Assembly (NCBI GenBank): GCA_963745835.1
Contig: CAVUZH010000024.1
Coordinates: 192,001-256,000, forward strand
Direction of reading: 5' to 3'
Length of the DNA stretch: 64,000 nt
Source: an uncultured delta proteobacterium
Lineage (GTDB): Bacteria > Desulfobacterota > Binatia > UBA9968
The notes beneath the pieces are model-generated. The model had not been told where the DNA came from and did no database searches. It saw only the letters and a program-made list of their open reading frames with translations. Below, piece by piece: positions 43,430 to 53,866 of this stretch; positions within the stretch are counted from its first letter, which is position 1; each line of letters starts with the position of its first letter. The position numbers and the translations under genes were made by a program.

Positions 43430-46400
43430 ATGCAAGCCATTCTCGGCCCCTTTCATCCGCATCTGGAGAACTCGCTCATCGAAGAGATTTTAGAGTATAA
43501 AAACACCGACCCGCTCTGTCGGCTGCTGATTCTGATTCCGTCCGATGCTCTACGGCGACACCTAAAAGTTCTGCTAACCAGGGAACGAAACCTATCCTTT
43601 GTAAATCTGCAACTGCTGACGTTTCATCAGCTGGCGGCTAAGTTGTACGCGGAAGCCAACGGACTGAATCCGCCGGTCTTGCGCGATGACCTTTTTCTTG
43701 AAGAAGTGTTGCGTCAAATTATCCGCGCGCGCCACCCCGGCGCGGCAGTCTTCAGCGGCATCGAGGAACGCGCCGGCGGCTGCGCCGCGCTCTGGCAAAG
43801 CCTCAGAGATCTTCGCGATGGACTGGTACAGCCGGATGTCGGGCTGGAAGCATTGCGTGAGAACCAATTCGATCCGCGAACCCGAGAGAGGACGGCCAAT
43901 CTCCTAGTGTTGCTTCAAACGCTTCTTCGCTTCTGCCAAGAGCGCGGCATCCTGGATCATTCCACCTTCGACAAATTCGCAATCGCGAAAGCACCGGCTT
44001 CGGGTTTTTTAGGCCAGTTCGCGCGGATTTTCTATTACGGCTTTTACGATCTCACCCAGATTCAGGTGGATCTCGTTCATGCAGTCGGCCAAACCTTTCC
44101 TACGACGCTGTTCTTTCCTCTCCTAAAGACACAGCCGGCGCATGAAGGTTGGCAATTCGCCGAGCGCTTTTACTCCGAGTACTTCCAGGGGCGGGCCGGT
44201 AACGAGGAGACAAAGAATCTTCTGTTGGAGTGCGATCACCCTGCTGAGTTGCCGCAAAGTTTCGCTGTTTTTGATCAGGACCCTGATCGGCAATACCGAT
44301 GCTTGCCGGCCGATTGGCACTGCCGGATCATCAATACCTTTGGCATTGACGATGAGATCAGCGCGGTGGCCAAGGAGATCCTGCTCCTCACCGAGCAGGA
44401 CGGCATGGCATTCGATCAGATCGGCGTGGTCGCGCGAACTCTGGATGGCTATGGCGCAAAGATCAAAGAGATCTTTGCCCAACATCAAATTCCAATCACC
44501 GGTTCCGTTGAGGAAGAGCTAGTGCAGTTTCCTTTGACCAAGGCTGCCATCCTGCTGATGAATCTCGCGGCCAAAGATTACCTGCGTTCGCATGTGATCG
44601 ATCTCTTGTCGTCGCCCTATTTTCGCTTGGATGGCGCGGCACAGGAGGCAAACGAGCCTCGTCCCGATCTTTGGGATCTGGCCACCCGAGAGCTGGCGAT
44701 CTGCAGAGGAATGAAGGAATGGCACAGGATCGACCGTTTTGCCGTGGAAGGCATGAAGCTGTCGCAGATATCCGATGACGAGGAGCGGCGCTTTATTGAA
44801 ATTCCTGCAGCCCAGTTGCGCGACCTGGCGACTATTCTCGACGGCCTTGATAAGGCTTTGAGCCGCTTGCCGGCGCGTGCTTCCTGGGCTGGTTACGCTG
44901 CTTCATGGAAGCAAATGTTCGGTGCCTATCTAGGAATCCAGCCTGAGCCTTCCAGAAATTTTAACAGCACTGAGATTTTGATCTGTAAGCAGATCATCGA
45001 GACTCTAGATCAAATCTCCGGCCTGGACGTGGTCGAGGCCGATGTTTCGCTGCGCGAGTTCAGCGAGACCTTTCAGCACTGGCTCGAGCGCAGCGCCATC
45101 GTGGAAACCGATAAAAATGTCGCCGGCGTAGCCGTGTCGAGCGCCAGCGCCGCTCGCGGGATAAAATTTCGCGCGCTGTTTATCGTCGGCATGAACGAAG
45201 GCGTTTTTCCACGCACAATTCGCGAAGACGCGTTTCTGCGCGATCGCGATCGCGAGGTGCTGGAGCGCGATCTCGGCTACAAGGTCAGCCAGAAACTGGC
45301 CGCGTTCGACGAAGAGAAGCTGGTGTTTACCCTTCTCGTCAATTCCGTCACCGACCGGCTCTATTGTTTGTACCAGCGCTCTGATGAAAGCGGCAGAGTG
45401 CTGGCGCCGTCATGGTATCTGGCCGAGCTCAAGCGCTCTCTCTCAGGCGCGCAGCAGAGACAATTCGTCGAAGAGACGATCCCGCGCAGCGCCATCGACA
45501 AAGTGAGTTGCCGGCCGTTCGATGTCGAAGAATCGCTGCTGCCGGCCGAGCTCGCTATTCGTCTCAATCTTTCCGGGACAGATTCGCGATCTTTAATTGC
45601 AGCAGCCAATCTCTCGCCCAGTCTGTACGAGCAAGGACTGAAAGCCATCGCCGCCTTGGATCTCAGCACGGACCGGCTCGATGTTTTCGACGGGATGATT
45701 CAAACACCGGCAAGACACTGGCTGCGCTTTTCAAAGCACGGCCTCTCGCCCACCGCATTGGAGCTTTACGGGCGCTGCCCGTTTCAGTATTTCGCGCGCC
45801 AGGTGCTTGGACTCCAGACTTTGGAGACGCCGGAAACTGTTGCGGGGCCAAGCGCGGCGGAATGGGGAGAGCTCGGTCATTTGATTTTGAAACTGACCTA
45901 CCAGGAACTTATCGGTGCCGGTTACTTCGCAAATAACGAGTCTCACGTCGCTGTTGATCCGATTATCAGCGCCGCCGCGCAAAAAGCTTTCACCGAGTAT
46001 GAGGCTGAGAATCCCGTTGGATATCCTCTGATGTGGGAGACGGTGCGCGAGACGCTGACTGAGCTGATTAGAGAGGTTGTCTGGCGCGACCTAGAGGAGC
46101 TTGCATCTTCGGGTTATGTCCCAGTGGATCTGGAGATTGGCATGGACGATCGGTTGCCGCCAGATTGGCCCGACCCGTTGAACACGCTCGCCATCCACGG
46201 GCGCATGGATCGCATCGATATCGATCCTAGGGGTAATCGGATGCGGGTCATAGATTACAAGTTTAAATTCGGCGCCAAACCTTCGCCAGAAGACAACGAC
46301 CTATCCCGTTCCGCATTGCGCGCACAGCGACTTCAGCCGCCGTTTTATTCTTTGCTCGGCCAGGCAAAGCGGCGCCGCGACAGTTTACATGATGCCGAAA

Positions 46401-46705
46401 GCCAAATCGAAGCAAGTTTTTACTACATCGCCTCGCGCTGGAGCGAGGGTCCATTGGTTATCAAATCCTTCAATAGCGAAGAATTAACCGGCAAGATGGG
46501 CGCGGAGATAAGAAATAGCATAGCTCAACTAGCCAAGGGTATTCACTCCGGCCAATTCTTCATGCAACCGGGAGAGCATTGTCCACACTGCGAGGTGGCG
46601 GAGATCTGTCGCAAAAATCACCCGCCGAGTCTCTGGCGCACGGAAAACGATCCGCTCACCGCTCCGCATCGGCAGTTGCGCCAGAAAGATCTCAAAAAAT
46701 GTTAA
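43430..46705 (+). CDS. addB: AddB/RexB-like subunit: inactive helicase body with C-terminal PD-(D/E)XK nuclease and Fe-S cysteines
   Basis: YGFYDLT, GMNEGVFP, CPFQYF, GRMDRID...VIDYK and CPHCEVAEIC motifs. Confidence 0.8.
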   Translation: MQAILGPFHPHLENSLIEEILEYKNTDPLCRLLILIPSDALRRHLKVLLTRERNLSFVNLQLLTFHQLAAKLYAEANGLNPPVLRDDLFLEEVLRQIIRARHPGAAVFSGIEERAGGCAALWQSLRDLRDGLVQPDVGLEALRENQFDPRTRERTANLLVLLQTLLRFCQERGILDHSTFDKFAIAKAPASGFLGQFARIFYYGFYDLTQIQVDLVHAVGQTFPTTLFFPLLKTQPAHEGWQFAERFYSEYFQGRAGNEETKNLLLECDHPAELPQSFAVFDQDPDRQYRCLPADWHCRIINTFGIDDEISAVAKEILLLTEQDGMAFDQIGVVARTLDGYGAKIKEIFAQHQIPITGSVEEELVQFPLTKAAILLMNLAAKDYLRSHVIDLLSSPYFRLDGAAQEANEPRPDLWDLATRELAICRGMKEWHRIDRFAVEGMKLSQISDDEERRFIEIPAAQLRDLATILDGLDKALSRLPARASWAGYAASWKQMFGAYLGIQPEPSRNFNSTEILICKQIIETLDQISGLDVVEADVSLREFSETFQHWLERSAIVETDKNVAGVAVSSASAARGIKFRALFIVGMNEGVFPRTIREDAFLRDRDREVLERDLGYKVSQKLAAFDEEKLVFTLLVNSVTDRLYCLYQRSDESGRVLAPSWYLAELKRSLSGAQQRQFVEETIPRSAIDKVSCRPFDVEESLLPAELAIRLNLSGTDSRSLIAAANLSPSLYEQGLKAIAALDLSTDRLDVFDGMIQTPARHWLRFSKHGLSPTALELYGRCPFQYFARQVLGLQTLETPETVAGPSAAEWGELGHLILKLTYQELIGAGYFANNESHVAVDPIISAAAQKAFTEYEAENPVGYPLMWETVRETLTELIREVVWRDLEELASSGYVPVDLEIGMDDRLPPDWPDPLNTLAIHGRMDRIDIDPRGNRMRVIDYKFKFGAKPSPEDNDLSRSALRAQRLQPPFYSLLGQAKRRRDSLHDAESQIEASFYYIASRWSEGPLVIKSFNSEELTGKMGAEIRNSIAQLAKGIHSGQFFMQPGEHCPHCEVAEICRKNHPPSLWRTENDPLTAPHRQLRQKDLKKC

Positions 46706-49700
46706 CCGCGAAGGCAATGGCTACCGATCTCGCCGATGCGCTCGACCGCCGCACCGCCGTTGGGACTTTCGATCGCAATCTGGTAGTCACCGCTGGGGCC
46801 GGCACGGGCAAGACAACTCTCCTGGTCGACCGGATCGTCCATCTATTGTTGCGCAGTCCGGACCCTCTCCAGATGACCGACATCGTCGCGCTGACTTTTA
46901 CCAATAAGGCTGCCAACGAGATCAAGCATCGGCTACGCGATCGGCTTCAAGCGTACCTGGAGGCAGATCTGCGAATCGAACCTATCCAGGAAGAGCAGAC
47001 GAAACTGCAACAACAGATCGAAAGCCTGATGGATACTTACAGGCTGTCAAAGGCCGAGCTCGATCGGCGGGTCCAGGAGGCACTGCGCAATCTCGAGCGC
47101 GCCGAGATCGGCACGATTCATAGCTTTGCTGCGACGTTGCTACGCCTTTTTCCACTGGAAGCCGGGGTTGATCCGCAGTTTCACGAAGACGACGGCAAAC
47201 AGTTCCGACGTCTTTTCGACCAACAGTGGCATCTCTGGCTCGATCAGGAGCTCGCGCTCGAGAGCCCTCGCGCCGGCGATTGGCGCAAGGCGCTCAAACA
47301 GTTGACCCTTGAGCAGATTAAAGATCTGGCTAGATCTTTATGCTCGGAATCTGTTCAGCTAGAGCCGCCCCGAGCGAAGCAACCGGGAGATGCCGCGTTG
47401 CGCGCATGGTTGCGCTCACTGCTCGATAGCGCCGCCAGCTTGAGCAAACGCCATCCGGCAGATCGCAACAATGAGAAGCTCGTCCGCGCCGCCCAACTGA
47501 TTATTCAGCCGTTTATCGACGGCGGTGATTCAACCGGGACGGCTTTAGCCGAACAAAGGGCGTGTTTACTGGAGCACTCCATCAACCGGGATACCAAAGG
47601 CTGGACCGAAGCGGATCTTAAACAAGCGCACAGCTTAGTCAGCGCGGCAAAAGGCCTGTGCAGAGTCGATGCAGCTTTGACTCATCTGATTTGGGAACTC
47701 CTCGCGCCCTACGCCGCTCGGTTCCGTGAAATTCTTGTTCATGAAGGTTTTATTTCATTCGATGGACTGCTGATTCGCGCGCGCAATTTGGTGCGCGACC
47801 ATCTGCGCGTGCGCGAGGAATTAAAACGGCAATACCGCACGTTTCTCATCGATGAATTCCAAGACACCGATCCGATTCAGTACGAGATCCTGCTTTACCT
47901 GGCTGAACAGCCCGGCACTACGGCGACAAATTGGCGCAAGGTGAAACTTACCGCCGGCAAAGTTTTCGTGGTGGGCGATCCCAAGCAATCGATCTACGCA
48001 TTCCGGCGCGCCGATATCGAGGCGTATCTGGAAGTGGGCGAGAAAATCATCAAAGCGCAAAATGGCACTGAATGTCATTTGCTTACAAACTTTCGGAGTC
48101 ATAGGGCAATTATCGATGTCGTCAACGGGGTGTTTTCATCGCTGATCCAACCGCAACCCGGTATGCAGCCGCCCTACATCGGAATTCAGCCGGCGCCCCG
48201 GCGCGATTCGCATGGCCTGGTTGGTAACCGTAAGCCTTTGCCAAAAGCGCTGGTGCGAAAAATCATTGCGCCGGATGGAGACGTCAGCGCCGAGACCGCT
48301 CGTCGTCTCGAGGGCGAAAGCCTGGCCGATTGGCTGCATGATCAAGTGTTGGAGAACGCCAGCTTTGTCAATGCCAAAGGCGAGCGGGTTCTGGCGCAGC
48401 CGAAAGACGTTGCGATCCTCTTCCGGAAGCTCACCGACATCCATGACTACCTCGAACCGCTTCGCCGCCGGGGCATCCGTTACGTGGTCGAAGGCGAGCG
48501 CCATTTCTACGCCGCGAAAGAGATCATCGATGCGGTCAACTTGCTCCGCGCCATCGAAAATCCCAATGATCGCCTGGCATTGGTCGGCGTGCTGCGCTCG
48601 CCTATCGGTGGTTTGACCGATCAAAGCATCTACGATCTGCACTGCGACAATCTGCTGGATTACCGGCTTTCAGAACAGCTTGGCGGCAAAAATTATCCAC
48701 CCACGCTGGCGCAACTTTATGGCGCGTTAGCCAAACTGCACGCCGAGTGCGGCAGGCTGCCGGTTGGTGCCGCCGTGTCCCGTATCTTCGAATCCCTGCC
48801 GCTGAGGCTTTTGGCCGCCTGCTATTTTCATGGCGAACAGGCCGTGGCCAACATTGACAAGCTCCGACGGCACGCCGAAATTCTGGGGCGCGAAGATAGC
48901 TCGATGACATTCAAAGCGGCTATTCGACAGCTGCAGCAGCGCGTGCTCGATGTCGAAGAAGAAGGCGAAAGCGTGCTCGCCGAAGAAGATGTCGATGCCG
49001 TGCGCATCATGAGTGTCCACAAGTCCAAGGGACTCGAGTTTCCCATAGTGGTTCTGGCCGGCTGTCATGCCGGCATCAATGGCCAGCAGAGGCGGCCGGC
49101 AGAAGCGCTGTTTGATTGGTCCACCGGCCTGACCGGAATTCGTGTTGGCTCGTTCACAGATTTAGCCGGAGTGTACATCTCTGAAAAAAATCGCTTGCGG
49201 GCCGAAGAAGAAACCAAGCGAGTACTCTATGTCGCGATGACCCGCGCTCGAGAGCATTTGATCATTTCGAGCGGCCCCAGCGCCAGGAAATCGACCGGCA
49301 ATTTTGTTGCCATGTTGGATGAAGCAGCACAAGATCAAATCGGCCGCGCCGAACAGTCAACCACCATCGAGATCGGCCCCGGCAGATTAGCAGTTGAACT
49401 GGTCGAGGCGAGCCTTACCGCCCCGGGGGCCGGCACCAGCAAGAAAAAGCCTCTGGGCAGAAAACGCGAGTGGCAGGATTACATGGAGATCTGGCGCCGC
49501 CGTGAACGAAACCACCAAGCAACTTTACAGTCAGCGACCTTTGTCACGCCCACCTCGCTCAAACGGCAGGAGCAAGAGATCACCGAAGCCGCTGTGACAA
49601 CTCAGGCTTTCACGCAAGAACGCACGCCGGCAATGCTCATCGGCCAGCTGGCGCACCAATTTCTCGAAAACTGGGATTTTGGCGGCGACAAAAATTTGCT

Positions 49701-50142
49701 GCGACATCAACTCGGTGCTTTTCTCAGTGCATCACTCTCAGCCGAATACAGCCAAGACGCAGGCAGCATAGGTGAAGAACTGCAGGCAATCTTGGAACGA
49801 TTTATAAATTCGCCTATCTATGCTGAATTGCGGAGGGCTCGGATCCTCGGCCGCGAAGTGCCGCTGTTGATGCCCTGGAACGGCCAGATCATGGAAGGGG
49901 TCATCGATCTTATCTATGAGCGCAACGGCCTGCTTTATCTGGCCGACTATAAAACAGACAGGGCGGCAGCAAAAGATTTGCGTTTCGGCGCGGAACGCTA
50001 CCGCCGGCAAGCCGAAATCTATTCCGAAGCCGCGCGCCGGAGCTTGAAACGAGAAGTCGCGGCTTTCAAACTGATATTTTTGCGCTTAGGCGAGACCGTC
50101 GAGGTCGATTTCAATCCAGAAAAGGAGCTGTGGCTTTTCTAG
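46699..50142 (+). CDS. addA: AddA/RexA-like UvrD-type helicase-nuclease
   Basis: AGAGTGKT, TFTNKAA, DEFQDT, VGDPKQSIYAFR, HKSKGLEF, YVAMTRA and GVIDL...ADYKT motifs. Confidence 0.87.
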   Translation: MLTAKAMATDLADALDRRTAVGTFDRNLVVTAGAGTGKTTLLVDRIVHLLLRSPDPLQMTDIVALTFTNKAANEIKHRLRDRLQAYLEADLRIEPIQEEQTKLQQQIESLMDTYRLSKAELDRRVQEALRNLERAEIGTIHSFAATLLRLFPLEAGVDPQFHEDDGKQFRRLFDQQWHLWLDQELALESPRAGDWRKALKQLTLEQIKDLARSLCSESVQLEPPRAKQPGDAALRAWLRSLLDSAASLSKRHPADRNNEKLVRAAQLIIQPFIDGGDSTGTALAEQRACLLEHSINRDTKGWTEADLKQAHSLVSAAKGLCRVDAALTHLIWELLAPYAARFREILVHEGFISFDGLLIRARNLVRDHLRVREELKRQYRTFLIDEFQDTDPIQYEILLYLAEQPGTTATNWRKVKLTAGKVFVVGDPKQSIYAFRRADIEAYLEVGEKIIKAQNGTECHLLTNFRSHRAIIDVVNGVFSSLIQPQPGMQPPYIGIQPAPRRDSHGLVGNRKPLPKALVRKIIAPDGDVSAETARRLEGESLADWLHDQVLENASFVNAKGERVLAQPKDVAILFRKLTDIHDYLEPLRRRGIRYVVEGERHFYAAKEIIDAVNLLRAIENPNDRLALVGVLRSPIGGLTDQSIYDLHCDNLLDYRLSEQLGGKNYPPTLAQLYGALAKLHAECGRLPVGAAVSRIFESLPLRLLAACYFHGEQAVANIDKLRRHAEILGREDSSMTFKAAIRQLQQRVLDVEEEGESVLAEEDVDAVRIMSVHKSKGLEFPIVVLAGCHAGINGQQRRPAEALFDWSTGLTGIRVGSFTDLAGVYISEKNRLRAEEETKRVLYVAMTRAREHLIISSGPSARKSTGNFVAMLDEAAQDQIGRAEQSTTIEIGPGRLAVELVEASLTAPGAGTSKKKPLGRKREWQDYMEIWRRRERNHQATLQSATFVTPTSLKRQEQEITEAAVTTQAFTQERTPAMLIGQLAHQFLENWDFGGDKNLLRHQLGAFLSASLSAEYSQDAGSIGEELQAILERFINSPIYAELRRARILGREVPLLMPWNGQIMEGVIDLIYERNGLLYLADYKTDRAAAKDLRFGAERYRRQAEIYSEAARRSLKREVAAFKLIFLRLGETVEVDFNPEKELWLF

Positions 50143-50781
50143 ATGTCATCCCTGAAAATTTTCTTTTTCGATATCGAAACCATCCCCACGGATCAGTCGG
50201 TTCTCGATCATAACCTGCTGGCTGCGCAAATGCGTCTCGATGAACCGGAGATTATCAAAAAGCTTAGTCTATCGGCCGCCACGGCACGCATCCTATGCCT
50301 GGCCTATGCGATCGAACCGGAAATCGATTCTCCCGTCGAAATACTGCACGGTACCGAGCCCGAAATCCTCAGCAGCTTCTGGCAGCTTGCCGCAGATTGT
50401 CATTTGTTCGTGGGGCACAATATTCTTGACTTCGACCTGCGTTTTATCTACCAGCGTTCGATCATCAATAGGATTAGACCTTCGCGGGAGATCCCCCTTG
50501 CGCGATTTCGTAACAATCCCGTTTACGACACAATGCATGAATGGAGTAAATGGGGACGCGAACACGTGAGCCTGGATCTTCTAGCGCGCGCGCTCGGAAT
50601 TCCATCGCCGAAAGAAAGTTTGGACGGCTCGAAAGTATATCCCTACTTTTGCGCGGGAAAACTGCCGGACATCTGCGACTACTGCAAACGCGATGTGGAG
50701 ACCGTGCGCCAGGTGTACCGCCGTTTAATCTTTGCGGAAAGCGATCAACCTATGATCCCGCCGTTAGATGTTCCCGAATAA
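50143..50781 (+). CDS. Stand-alone PolB-like DEDDy 3'-5' exonuclease (RNase H fold)
   Basis: ExoI FDIET, ExoII GHNILDFD, ExoIII YCKRD; starts immediately after the addA stop. Confidence 0.85.
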   Translation: MSSLKIFFFDIETIPTDQSVLDHNLLAAQMRLDEPEIIKKLSLSAATARILCLAYAIEPEIDSPVEILHGTEPEILSSFWQLAADCHLFVGHNILDFDLRFIYQRSIINRIRPSREIPLARFRNNPVYDTMHEWSKWGREHVSLDLLARALGIPSPKESLDGSKVYPYFCAGKLPDICDYCKRDVETVRQVYRRLIFAESDQPMIPPLDVPE

Positions 50782-50912
50782 AGGTGTTCCGCACTGACCT
50801 GTTCTCCATGTTGCGTTGCCCTGCCCGCCGCTCGTTGAGGACTTCTTACCTTAAATAAACATATTCGACATAGATCTCTGAGGATGCACGATTTACCTAT
50901 CGAGCAAAACGC

Positions 50913-51485
50913 TCAGACGCTGCCGCTCTGGGGAATGAATTTTAACGCCACGCCGTTGTTGCACCAGCGTTGACCTGTAGGCTTCGGGCCATCGCTGAAT
51001 AAATGACCATGATGTCCACCGCAGCGGATGCAGTGATATTCGGTACGCGGCAGGATTAACTTGTAATCAGTGCGGGTACCGAACACGCCTGGAATCGTCG
51101 TGAAGAAACTCGGCCAGCCGGTGCCGCTTTCGTATTTCATCGCCGATGTAAAGAGTGGCAGGCTGCAAGCCGCGCAAACGAAAACACCCGGCCGTTTCTC
51201 ATCGTTGAGCGCGCTGGTGCCGGGAGCTTCGGTGCCCTCTTCGCGCAAGATCTGAAATTGCGCGGAATCTAAACGTTTACGCCACTCGTCTTTGGATAAC
51301 TTGAGCGGCTCGGATGCCGAGGGCGATTTGAAATCCTTGGCAAGCAACCCTCGCCAATTCTTCTGCATATTCTCGATATCTTTCATCGACGCTGCTTGTC
51401 CGGCAAAGCCGCTGTTTCTGAACACATGCCAAACACCGGCAGCAACCACCGCTTGCAACAGTTTCCGTCTTGTCATCATAGCCAT
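50913..51485 (-). CDS. msrB: Peptide-methionine (R)-S-oxide reductase with twin-arginine signal
   Basis: GTE, CxxC, SGTGWPSF, RTE, CxxC.GH.GH.F.DGP and RWCNN; TRRKLL Tat-like motif. Start may be 51485 or 51509. Confidence 0.93.
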   Translation of the reverse strand: MAMMTRRKLLQAVVAAGVWHVFRNSGFAGQAASMKDIENMQKNWRGLLAKDFKSPSASEPLKLSKDEWRKRLDSAQFQILREEGTEAPGTSALNDEKRPGVFVCAACSLPLFTSAMKYESGTGWPSFFTTIPGVFGTRTDYKLILPRTEYHCIRCGGHHGHLFSDGPKPTGQRWCNNGVALKFIPQSGSV

Positions 51486-51603
51486 GGCTAGGATTCCTTT
51501 CGCTTCCATCTTGCGCTTTCAACTTTGATCTGACCGGCCCATATTATCACGAATACCAGGTGTCAGTATCGTGCCAAGGGGCAGTTTTACCGGCCGCGCG
51601 GCA

Positions 51604-51619
51604 TGCTAGACTATTCATC
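51604..51619 (+). promoter_or_regulatory. Extended -10 promoter (TGcTAGACT) 7 nt upstream of the ligase ATG; candidate leaderless
   Basis: TG-C-TAGACT-attcatc-ATG; no SD. Confidence 0.6.
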
Positions 51620-53206
51620 ATGAATTTTTCTGAATTCGCCGCCCTTTGCTATCAGTTGGAGCAGACCTCGAGCCGGTTGACGAAGGTTGACTTGGCTGCG
51701 GAGTATCTCAAGCGGCTCGACGGCAAGGAGATTCGCCATGGCATCGCATTTTTGTCGGGACGTTCGTTTCCGGTATCCGATTCACGGACGTTGGATATCG
51801 GACCGGGAGCCTTTGCTCATGCTTCCGATACTCCGGAACTTGAAAACTCCGTCTCACCCGAATTGACACTCGTAGATATCGCCGACAGCTTCTCCGCTAT
51901 TGCCGAAGCCAACGGCAAAGGATCTCGGAGCGCGAAGTATGCGCGCCTGAGGGAGCTCGTCGAGATGACCGGCAGTCGAGAACGCCCCATTCTCTTTCGC
52001 CTTCTGCACAATGAGTTACGTATCGGCCTGCACGACGGCCTGATCCAGGAAGCGATCGCCCGCGCCTCGGGTGCGGACTTAAAAACAGTGCGCCGCGCTG
52101 CGCTCTTTCTATCTGATCTGGCGGAGGTGGCATCGATCGCGCTAACCCAGGGAGGCGCGGCCCTCCAGGAAGTTGATATTAAACTGTTCGTGCCGCTTCT
52201 GCCGATGCTCTCAGAGTTATCGGAAGATTTCGACGGCGTGCTTGCCGCCCATGGCGGTAGCACCGCATTTGAGTTCAAGTACGACGGCGCCCGGGTGCAA
52301 ATCCACAAAGACGGCAGTCAGGTTCGCATCTGGAGCCGGCGTCTTACCGAAGTGACAGGCAGCCTGCCGGAGATCGCGCAGCTCGTCCGCAGTGATCTAA
52401 TTGGCGATTCCTTTATTCTCGATGGCGAAGTTGTCGCGGTGGGCAAAGACGGCCGGCCGTTCCCGTTTCAAGAACTCATGCGCCGTTTCAGACGGATCCA
52501 CAACATCGAAGCGGCCGCCATCGACATTCCTTTGCACTTACATCTGTTCGATTGCCTACTTCTGAACGGCGCCTCATTGATCGACGAGTCTTATGAACGC
52601 CGCTGGCAAACGCTCGCTAAAATCACCGAAGGCAAACATCTAGCGCGCCGTCAAATTACTTCCGACAAGGTGCTGGCGGAGAGCTTTCTCAAAGACGCTC
52701 TTACGGCGGGTCATGAAGGATTGATGGCCAAGGCGCTGAGCAGCCCCTATACGCCGGGCAATCGCGGCAAGCTCTGGTTCAAAATAAAGCCAGCTGAAAC
52801 GGTCGATTGCGCAATTATCGCCGCCGATCGCGGCTCGGGTCGCCGGCGCGGTTGGTTGTCCAACTATCATCTTGCCGTAGCTGATGGCGAGGGCGGATTC
52901 GCGCCGGTGGGAAAAACCTTCAAAGGCCTGACCGACAAGCAATTTACCGAAATGACCGCGCGGCTTCAGGCGTTACAGATCGCTGATGATGGCTATACGG
53001 TTAGCGTCAAACCGGAGGTCGTCGTCGAGGTAGCGTATAATGAGATCCAGCATAGTCCACAGTACAGTTCCAAGTTCGCTCTGCGCTTTGCCCGAATCAA
53101 AAGGATCCGGGACGATAAGAACGTCGATCAAATCACCACGTTGACTGAACTGCAGAATCTTTACGATCGGCAATTTGTCAGCAAGAGCAAACGAACAGAG
53201 CTTTGA
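51620..53206 (+). CDS. ATP-dependent DNA ligase (N-terminal DNA-binding, adenylation and OB domains)
   Basis: EFKYDGAR, ILDGE, LFD.L, EGLMAK, WFKIK and LRFAR..RIRDDK motifs. Confidence 0.93.
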   Translation: MNFSEFAALCYQLEQTSSRLTKVDLAAEYLKRLDGKEIRHGIAFLSGRSFPVSDSRTLDIGPGAFAHASDTPELENSVSPELTLVDIADSFSAIAEANGKGSRSAKYARLRELVEMTGSRERPILFRLLHNELRIGLHDGLIQEAIARASGADLKTVRRAALFLSDLAEVASIALTQGGAALQEVDIKLFVPLLPMLSELSEDFDGVLAAHGGSTAFEFKYDGARVQIHKDGSQVRIWSRRLTEVTGSLPEIAQLVRSDLIGDSFILDGEVVAVGKDGRPFPFQELMRRFRRIHNIEAAAIDIPLHLHLFDCLLLNGASLIDESYERRWQTLAKITEGKHLARRQITSDKVLAESFLKDALTAGHEGLMAKALSSPYTPGNRGKLWFKIKPAETVDCAIIAADRGSGRRRGWLSNYHLAVADGEGGFAPVGKTFKGLTDKQFTEMTARLQALQIADDGYTVSVKPEVVVEVAYNEIQHSPQYSSKFALRFARIKRIRDDKNVDQITTLTELQNLYDRQFVSKSKRTEL

Positions 53207-53213
53207 TTGCAAG

Positions 53214-53345
53214 GCGTTCCAGTAGTTCCAATTGTTCCAATGTTCCAATTGTCCAACAGTTCCAAACAAGTGGGATCGGTAAACGTGAGCATTGGAACAT
53301 ATTGAACCATTGGAACGACTCGAACCGCTGGAACGGTTGGAACGC
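53214..53345. repeat. Inverted short-unit array element C (long imperfect hairpin between convergent genes)
   Basis: GTTCCA-type units at 53216, 53225, 53234, 53242, 53251, 53259; TGGAAC-type units at 53293, 53302, 53311, 53320, 53329, 53338; terminal inverted repeat GCGTTCCA / TGGAACGC. Confidence 0.88.
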
Positions 53346-53349
53346 TTTT

Positions 53350-53679
53350 CTACGCTCCGTCTGTGAGATGCACCACCAGCCAGATCGTTTCCGGCCCGGT
53401 CTCATCGACCCGATGCCGCGCGTGCGGCGGAATGGCCAGGTAATCGCCTTCGTTCAATTCAAGCCGCTCGCCGCCCTCAAACGCCAGTACTGCATGACCG
53501 CGAACCAGCAGCACCCATTCCGTGTACGATTGTTCGTACCAGAACTCCTCCGGGCTCTTGGCCGCATTAGAAACGATCCGCTGAACTTTCACCGTTTCAG
53601 TTTCGAGCAAGGTTAGAAATTCCTCGGAACCGATCGCGCCTGCGCTGGGACTTAAAATGTTTTCCACTTGGATGCTCAT
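53350..53679 (-). CDS. Small cupin protein
   Basis: RIVS...WYEQ..EWVLL.RG.A...GDYLAIPPH.RHRV...T.WL. Confidence 0.85.
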   Translation of the reverse strand: MSIQVENILSPSAGAIGSEEFLTLLETETVKVQRIVSNAAKSPEEFWYEQSYTEWVLLVRGHAVLAFEGGERLELNEGDYLAIPPHARHRVDETGPETIWLVVHLTDGA

Positions 53680-53866
53680 AACGGCGATGTAATCCTTTGC
53701 TAGTGTCCGGTTGTGCAGTCCCTTTATATTTTCGGCGTCATCGGCGCCAACTCCGGCAAGAACCGGCTCCTCTTTGGGCTAGACGCCCACCGCACACGAG
53801 CGAAGGATCTCACGCGTCCAGGCTGGCTGTCTCGGCGATGAAAGTTTACCTTCTTGCATCAGCTAT

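Noticed and set aside
53214-53345. GTTC/GAAC units as LexA boxes
   Set aside because: Spacing fits neither GAAC-N4-GTTC nor GTTC-N7-GTTC, this copy lies between two gene 3' ends, and no such arrays precede uvrB or uvrC.
53178-53616. ORFs with repetitive W/N-rich translations (HWNILNHWNDSNRWNGWN)
   Set aside because: Artefacts of reading the 9-nt period array in frame; they overlap the real ligase and cupin genes.
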